In this document: positions 26,917 to 32,000 of the stretch, one piece after another
Layout: the number at the start of each line of letters is the position of its first letter
Position numbering within the stretch: the first letter of the stretch is position 1
Assembly (NCBI RefSeq): GCF_000007145.1
Contig: NC_003902.1
Coordinates: forward strand, 757,436-789,435
Direction of reading: 5' to 3'
Length of the DNA stretch: 32,000 nt
Source: Xanthomonas campestris pv. campestris str. ATCC 33913
GTDB lineage: Bacteria; Pseudomonadota; Gammaproteobacteria; Xanthomonadales; Xanthomonadaceae
Translations under genes and position numbers: made by a program
Notes under the pieces: model-generated
Databases searched by the model: none
Seen by the model: only the letters and a program-made list of their open reading frames with translations
Told to the model about the DNA's origin: nothing

Positions 26917-29900
26917 ATGATGGTCCTCGAGGGCGCTTCCGCCCTTTCGCCGTTCCGCCGCGCTCGGCTCGAAACCCGCCTGCAAACGCTCGTCCCCGCG
27001 CTGCGTCTCACTGGCGCCTGGCACGTGTACTTCATCCGTGCCGATGCCGGGCGCACGCCCGACCAGGCCACCTTGCAGCGCATCCTGCAGGCCGAGCCGG
27101 CGCCTGCGCCGCGCGATGAGGCTGCCTCTTCGCGCTACGTGGTGCCACGGCTCGGCACGCTGTCGCCGTGGTCGAGCAAGGCCACCGAGCTGATGCGCGG
27201 AGCCGGGCAGCCGATCCAGCGCGTGGAGCGCGGCACCCGGATCGATCTGGCCGGGTGGCCGGAAGGCGAGGCCGATCAGGCCGCGGTGGCCAAGCTGTTG
27301 CACGACCCGATGACGCAATCGTTGCTCGGCTCGGCCGCAGCGGCCGAAGCGCTGTTCAACGTGCCCGATCCCGGCCAGCTGGAACGCATCCCGCTGGATG
27401 CGCTGGAACAGGCCAATGGCGATCTGGGCCTGGCACTGGCGCAGGACGAGATCGACTACCTGCGCGAGCGCTTTGCCGCGCTCGGCCGCGACCCGGCCGA
27501 CGTCGAACTGATGATGTTCGCGCAGGCCAACTCCGAGCACTGCCGGCACAAGATCTTCAACGCCAGCTGGACCATCGACGGCAAGCCGCAGGAGCGCTCG
27601 CTGTTCCGGATGATCAAGCACACCCACCAGCAGACCCCGCAGCACACCTTGTCGGCCTATAGCGACAACGCGGCGGTGGTGGAAGGCGTGCCGGCGGCGC
27701 GGTTCCGCCCCGATCCGGCCACCGGCGAATACCGCAGCGAAGCGGTGGTGCCCTCGGCCTTCGCCATCAAGGTGGAAACCCATAACCATCCCACCGCGAT
27801 TGCGCCGTTCCCGGGCGCGGCCACCGGTGCCGGCGGCGAGATCCGCGACGAAGGTGCCACTGGCCGCGGTGGCAAGCCCAAGGCCGGCCTGACCGGGTTT
27901 TCGGTGTCGCATCTGCGCATCCCGACCTTGCCGCAGCCGTGGGAAGCGCCGCGCGCGCTGAATCCGCGCATGGCGCCGGCGCTGGACATCATGCTCGACG
28001 GCCCGCTCGGCGGCGCGGCATTCAACAACGAGTTCGGCCGGCCGAACCTGCTTGGCTACTTCCGCAGTTTTGAGCTGGCCGAAGGCCAGGGCCTGACCCG
28101 CGCCTACGACAAGCCGATCATGCTGGCCGGCGGCCTGGGCGCGATCGACCGCAACCAGGTCGAAAAGCTGCGCCTGCAACCGGGCGATGCGGTGATCGTG
28201 CTGGGTGGCCCGGCGATGCTGATCGGTCTGGGCGGCGGCGCCGCCAGTTCGGTGGCCGCCGGTGACAGCGCCGAGGCGCTGGACTTTGCCAGCGTGCAGC
28301 GCGAGAACCCGGAGATGGAACGCCGCTGCCAGGAGGTCATCGACCACTGCGTGGCACTGGGCACCGATAACCCGATCCGCTGGTTCCACGACGTGGGCGC
28401 CGGTGGCCTGTCCAACGCGATCCCCGAGTTGCTGCACGACTCCGGCGTGGGCGGGGTGATCGACCTGGCCAGGGTGCCGAGCGACGACCCGTCGCTGTCG
28501 CCGCTGGAGTTGTGGTGCAACGAATCGCAGGAACGCTACGTGCTCGGCGTGCCGCAGGCGCGCCTGGACGAATTCGCCGCGATCTGCGCACGCGAACGCT
28601 GCCCGTTCGCCGCCGTCGGCGTGGCCACGGCCGAGGAACGGCTGGTGGTGGGGTATGGCGTTTTTGACGCAGCGAATCGGGAATCGGGAATCGGGAATCG
28701 CAACAGCGCGTTGCCGGCTGCCGAGGCCGCTTCCGCCCATTCCCTATTCCCCACTCCCGATTCTCCGCTCCCGATCAACCTGCCCATGGACGTGCTGTTC
28801 GGCAAGGCGCCGAAAATGCACCGCGATGCCGTGCATCCGGCGGCGCCGCAGTGGCCGGTGCTGCAGACCGGGGCGCTGGATCTGCAGGAGGCCGGGTTGC
28901 GCGTGTTGGCGCATCCGACCGTGGCGTCCAAGAGCTTTCTGGTCACCATCGGCGATCGCAGCGTGGGCGGGCTGACCGCGCGTGAACAGATGATCGGGCC
29001 GTGGCAGCTGCCGTTGGCCGATTGCGCGATCACGCTGGCCGGGTTCGAGACCTTCGATGGCGAAGCGATGTCGATTGGCGAGCGCACGCCGCTGGCGCTG
29101 CTGAACGCCGCGGCCTCGGCGCGCATGGCGGTAGGCGAGGCGATCACCAACCTGTGTGCGGCGCCGGTGCAGACGCTGGACAGCATCAAGCTTTCCGCCA
29201 ACTGGATGGCTGCCGCCGGACACGCCGGCGAAGACGCCTTGCTGTACGACGCAGTGCGCGCGGTCGGCATGGAACTGTGCCCGGCGCTGGAGCTCAGCAT
29301 CCCGGTGGGCAAGGACTCGCTGTCGATGCAGGCGCAGTGGCAGGTCGGGAATGGAGAATCGGGAATCGGGAATGGTGAAACGCCAGCACCGTCCGCTTCT
29401 GCCATTCCCGATTCCCGACTCCCGATTCCCGGTGAAACGCTGAAAAGCGTTTCACCGGTATCGTTGATCATCAGTGCATTTGCGCCCGTCAGCGATGTGC
29501 GTACGCAGCTCACTCCGTTGCTGCAGCGCGAGGATGAGAGCGAGCTGTGGTTGATCGGCCTGGGTGGCGGCAAGCAGCGTCTGGGTGGGTCGGTGCTGGC
29601 GCAGGTGTATGCCGATGACAGTGCGTTGCCGGCCTTCGGTGGTGAAACACCGGACCTGGATGACCCGCAGCGGCTGCGCCAGTTCTTTGAACTGATCCGC
29701 GATGCACGCGAGGGTGGATTGTTGCTGGCGTATCACGATCGCAGCGATGGCGGTGCGTTTGCCGCGCTGTGCGAAATGGCGTTTGCCTCGCGCCAGGGCC
29801 TGGATATCACGCTCGACGCCTGGGGCGATGATGCCTTCCGCAGCCTGTTCAACGAAGAATTGGGCGCGGTGGTGCAGATCGCCAATGAAGACCGCGCCGC

Positions 29901-30963
29901 GTTTGCCGATCTGGTCGAGCGGCATGCACTGACCGAATGCGCGCAACGCATCGCACGCCCCACCGGCACCCCGCGCGTGCGTGTCAGCGGCCAGGGCCGG
30001 GTGTTGGCCGAATGGCGCTGGGAAGCGCTGTTCGATGCCTGGTGGTCGGTGACGCACGCCATGCAGAAGTTGCGCGACAACCCGGACAGTGCCGACGAAG
30101 AACGCGCGGTGGCGCGCAACTTCCAGGCGCCGGGGTTGCGCCCGAAGCTGGTGTTCGACCCGTCCGAGGATGTGGCCGCGCCATTCGTGGCGACCGGTGC
30201 ACGGCCGAAGGTGGCGATCCTGCGCGAGCAGGGCGTCAACGGCCAGATCGAGATGGCCTACAACTTCGAGCGTGCCGGGTTCCGTGCGTTCGACGTGCAC
30301 ATGAGCGACCTGATCGAAGGCCGCGTGGACCTGGCGCAGTTTGCAGGATTTGCGGCTTGCGGCGGCTTCAGCTACGGCGATGTGCTGGGCGCCGGCCGCG
30401 GTTGGGCCACCTCGATCCTGGAGCGTGCGGCACTGCGCGATGCGTTTGCCGCATTCTTTGCGCGCAGCGATACCTTTGCGCTGGGCGTGTGCAACGGTTG
30501 CCAGATGCTGAGCCAGCTCAAGGACATCATTCCCGGTGCCGAGCACTGGCCGCGCTTCCTGCGCAACCGCAGCGAGCAGTTCGAAGCACGCACGGCGCTG
30601 CTGGAAGTGGTGGAGTCGCCGTCGATCCTGCTGCGGGGCATGGCCGGCTCGCGCATTCCGGTGGCAGTGGCGCATGGCGAAGGCCGCGCCGAATTCGACA
30701 CGGCGGTGGATCAGGCCGCGGCGCGCGTGGCACTGCGCTTCATCGACGGTGACGGCGCGGTGGCTAGTCAGTACCCGCTCAATCCGAACGGGTCGCCCGA
30801 CGGCATCACCGGCCTGACCAGCACCGATGGGCGCGCCACCATCTTGATGCCGCATCCGGAGCGCACGCCGCGCTCGGTCAATCTGAGCTGGCATCCGGCG
30901 GGCTGGGGCGAGGACTCGCCGTGGCTGCGCATGTTCCGCAATGCGCGGGTGTGGTGTGGTTGA
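26917..30963 (+). CDS. purL: Phosphoribosylformylglycinamidine synthase (large single-chain PurL)
   Basis: 1348 aa. Starts [14 protein letters not shown]. Contains the AIR-synthase-like duplicated core and a C-terminal glutamine amidotransferase domain (GVCNGCQM ... HGEG ... PHPER). Confidence 0.98.
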   Translation: MMVLEGASALSPFRRARLETRLQTLVPALRLTGAWHVYFIRADAGRTPDQATLQRILQAEPAPAPRDEAASSRYVVPRLGTLSPWSSKATELMRGAGQPIQRVERGTRIDLAGWPEGEADQAAVAKLLHDPMTQSLLGSAAAAEALFNVPDPGQLERIPLDALEQANGDLGLALAQDEIDYLRERFAALGRDPADVELMMFAQANSEHCRHKIFNASWTIDGKPQERSLFRMIKHTHQQTPQHTLSAYSDNAAVVEGVPAARFRPDPATGEYRSEAVVPSAFAIKVETHNHPTAIAPFPGAATGAGGEIRDEGATGRGGKPKAGLTGFSVSHLRIPTLPQPWEAPRALNPRMAPALDIMLDGPLGGAAFNNEFGRPNLLGYFRSFELAEGQGLTRAYDKPIMLAGGLGAIDRNQVEKLRLQPGDAVIVLGGPAMLIGLGGGAASSVAAGDSAEALDFASVQRENPEMERRCQEVIDHCVALGTDNPIRWFHDVGAGGLSNAIPELLHDSGVGGVIDLARVPSDDPSLSPLELWCNESQERYVLGVPQARLDEFAAICARERCPFAAVGVATAEERLVVGYGVFDAANRESGIGNRNSALPAAEAASAHSLFPTPDSPLPINLPMDVLFGKAPKMHRDAVHPAAPQWPVLQTGALDLQEAGLRVLAHPTVASKSFLVTIGDRSVGGLTAREQMIGPWQLPLADCAITLAGFETFDGEAMSIGERTPLALLNAAASARMAVGEAITNLCAAPVQTLDSIKLSANWMAAAGHAGEDALLYDAVRAVGMELCPALELSIPVGKDSLSMQAQWQVGNGESGIGNGETPAPSASAIPDSRLPIPGETLKSVSPVSLIISAFAPVSDVRTQLTPLLQREDESELWLIGLGGGKQRLGGSVLAQVYADDSALPAFGGETPDLDDPQRLRQFFELIRDAREGGLLLAYHDRSDGGAFAALCEMAFASRQGLDITLDAWGDDAFRSLFNEELGAVVQIANEDRAAFADLVERHALTECAQRIARPTGTPRVRVSGQGRVLAEWRWEALFDAWWSVTHAMQKLRDNPDSADEERAVARNFQAPGLRPKLVFDPSEDVAAPFVATGARPKVAILREQGVNGQIEMAYNFERAGFRAFDVHMSDLIEGRVDLAQFAGFAACGGFSYGDVLGAGRGWATSILERAALRDAFAAFFARSDTFALGVCNGCQMLSQLKDIIPGAEHWPRFLRNRSEQFEARTALLEVVESPSILLRGMAGSRIPVAVAHGEGRAEFDTAVDQAAARVALRFIDGDGAVASQYPLNPNGSPDGITGLTSTDGRATILMPHPERTPRSVNLSWHPAGWGEDSPWLRMFRNARVWCG
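28674..28776. repeat. Palindromic heptamer-repeat element inside purL (copy A, degenerate right arm)
   Basis: (gaatcgg)x3 + gaatcgc at 28674-28701, a 37-nt spacer, then attccct/attcccc/actcccg/attctcc/gctcccg at 28739-28776. Translated in frame as [10 protein letters not shown]...[12 protein letters not shown]. Confidence 0.65.
29347..29456. repeat. Palindromic heptamer-repeat element inside purL (copy B)
   Basis: Perfect 15-bp inverted repeat gggaatcgggaatgg (29361-29375) / ccattcccgattccc (29402-29416). A second perfect hairpin ggtgaaacgc-tgaaaa-gcgtttcacc lies at 29431-29456. Translated in frame as [11 protein letters not shown]...[19 protein letters not shown]. Confidence 0.7.
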
Positions 30964-30971
30964 GTGATGTG

Positions 30972-31048
30972 ACGCGGCATCGGGTGATGCCGCGTTGAGA
31001 GCGTCAACGAACGGCCGTGTGCAGCAATGCACACGGCCGTTGTTGTTT
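30972..31048 (+). terminator. purL terminator region (two hairpins)
   Basis: acgcggcatc-gggt-gatgccgcgt (30972-30995). Then aacggccgtgtgca-gcaa-tgcacacggccgtt with an extended stem, followed by gttgtttgg (31005-31048). Confidence 0.7.
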
Positions 31049-32000
31049 GGGTGATCGGATCGCACGAAAGCTGCGCGCCCGTCGCTGCAATGCGCGCTGA
31101 TGCCGCCGCAGTTGGCGAGCATCGGCTGTGGGGGGGCGGGGCGCGTACCGCCGAGCTGGCGGGCACCGATTGGACGCGGACGCTACGCCAACATCCACGG
31201 GAGAGGAGGCTCTCCCAGCGTGGCATCGCAATGTTGTTGGCCCGAATCAGGCTCACATGGATGCAGCGGTGCTGGATGAGCGGCGCCTACCAAGGATTGG
31301 GTGCGATTTGGCTGCTGCACGTCAGCTGCGCAGATGCAGGGGGGGGCTGAGTCAGTGCCCTGCACCTGCTCAATCCAGCGTGGCCGGTGGTCGCGTGTCT
31401 GCATCGCATGTTTCTAGAATCTAAAGAAATACCTGATTTTCTATTAACTTAAATGCTGATTGGTATTTATCAAAAAATAATATATTTGCATGCGTGAAGT
31501 TAATCTCATCCGGATCTTGCTTTCAAATGGATTCTGTCGGCGTTGCGAGTTATAAAATTTCTGCCATATTTTTTCGGCATATCTATCTTTTTGCTGCTTT
31601 GCGCTGTCTATTCCGTCGACAAAAGGTGGGCGATTGCGTTTCACTAAACCCTAAGGGCGGCTTGAGCTCACGGGCGTGGTGATTGTTTTCTTCATGCCGG
31701 ACCAATCGCAGTCAGGCCTCAATGAAGCAAACTGAGTTGAATGACGGTCGTGAGCGGCGCGTTTATGGCGGAATGGGTCGCATGCCTGCACGTTGAAAAT
31801 ACGCGGGCGATCGGCACCGTTGCTCGGCACCAGCCAGACCGTGCGCCTCAGCGCGCCGCGTGCCGGCACCTACATCGTCAAACTCGATGGCGCCAGCTTC
31901 GACGGGGTCAGCCTGCTCGCGCGTCAGTGATCCGACACGCCGTGCTGCGCAACGCGCACGGCGACGATTTGTTGGCGCCCGCGACGCATCCGGGCCCGGC

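Noticed and set aside
28674-29430. Possible CRISPR array suggested by the short repeated units
   Set aside because: The units are 7 bp, tandem or inverted, with no 25-40-bp repeat/spacer periodicity and no cas genes. They lie inside a functional ORF.
26560-31122. 726-aa and 556-aa minus-strand ORFs, plus other ORFs of 100-345 aa overlapping purL
   Set aside because: They are antisense or off-frame to the full-length purL. All are low-complexity Arg/Ala/Gly-rich. Some merely translate the heptamer repeats (IPDSRFPI).
31444-31644. 66-aa minus-strand ORF in the AT-rich patch
   Set aside because: It is highly basic, has no RBS that I can identify and no recognisable motif. ORFs of this size arise easily in AT-rich DNA, so it is mentioned only within the AT-rich patch finding.

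Overview
High-GC (about 65%) gammaproteobacterial chromosome, most likely a Xanthomonas relative; this attribution is inferred from composition, tandem PL1 pectate lyases, an XrvA-like H-NS protein and GGGAATC heptamer repeats. The backbone is housekeeping with several E. coli-like synteny blocks: an MlaE/MlaF/MCE lipid-transport operon, thrE-family exporter, proS, pssA/holD-like/rimI, valS-holC-pepA divergent from lptF-lptG, xerD-dsbC and purL. Accessory content comes in four parts. (1) An intact IS5-family IS lies upstream of an H-NS gene. (2) Two tandem pectate lyase paralogs sit between long non-coding flanks. (3) A roughly 2-kb low-GC islet between holC and valS encodes an ABC/SMC-type ATPase and a small TOPRIM-like (DUF4276-like) protein. 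This is the best candidate for an uncharacterised defence system, with a split-OLD / PARIS / AbiL-like architecture. (4) A family of palindromic heptamer-repeat elements occurs four times. Two copies are in frame inside purL, one supplies the 5' end of the ABC ATPase gene, and one supplies the last codons of pepA. Many long antisense ORFs in the track are high-GC shadow ORFs and were rejected. No rRNA, tRNA or CRISPR was found.
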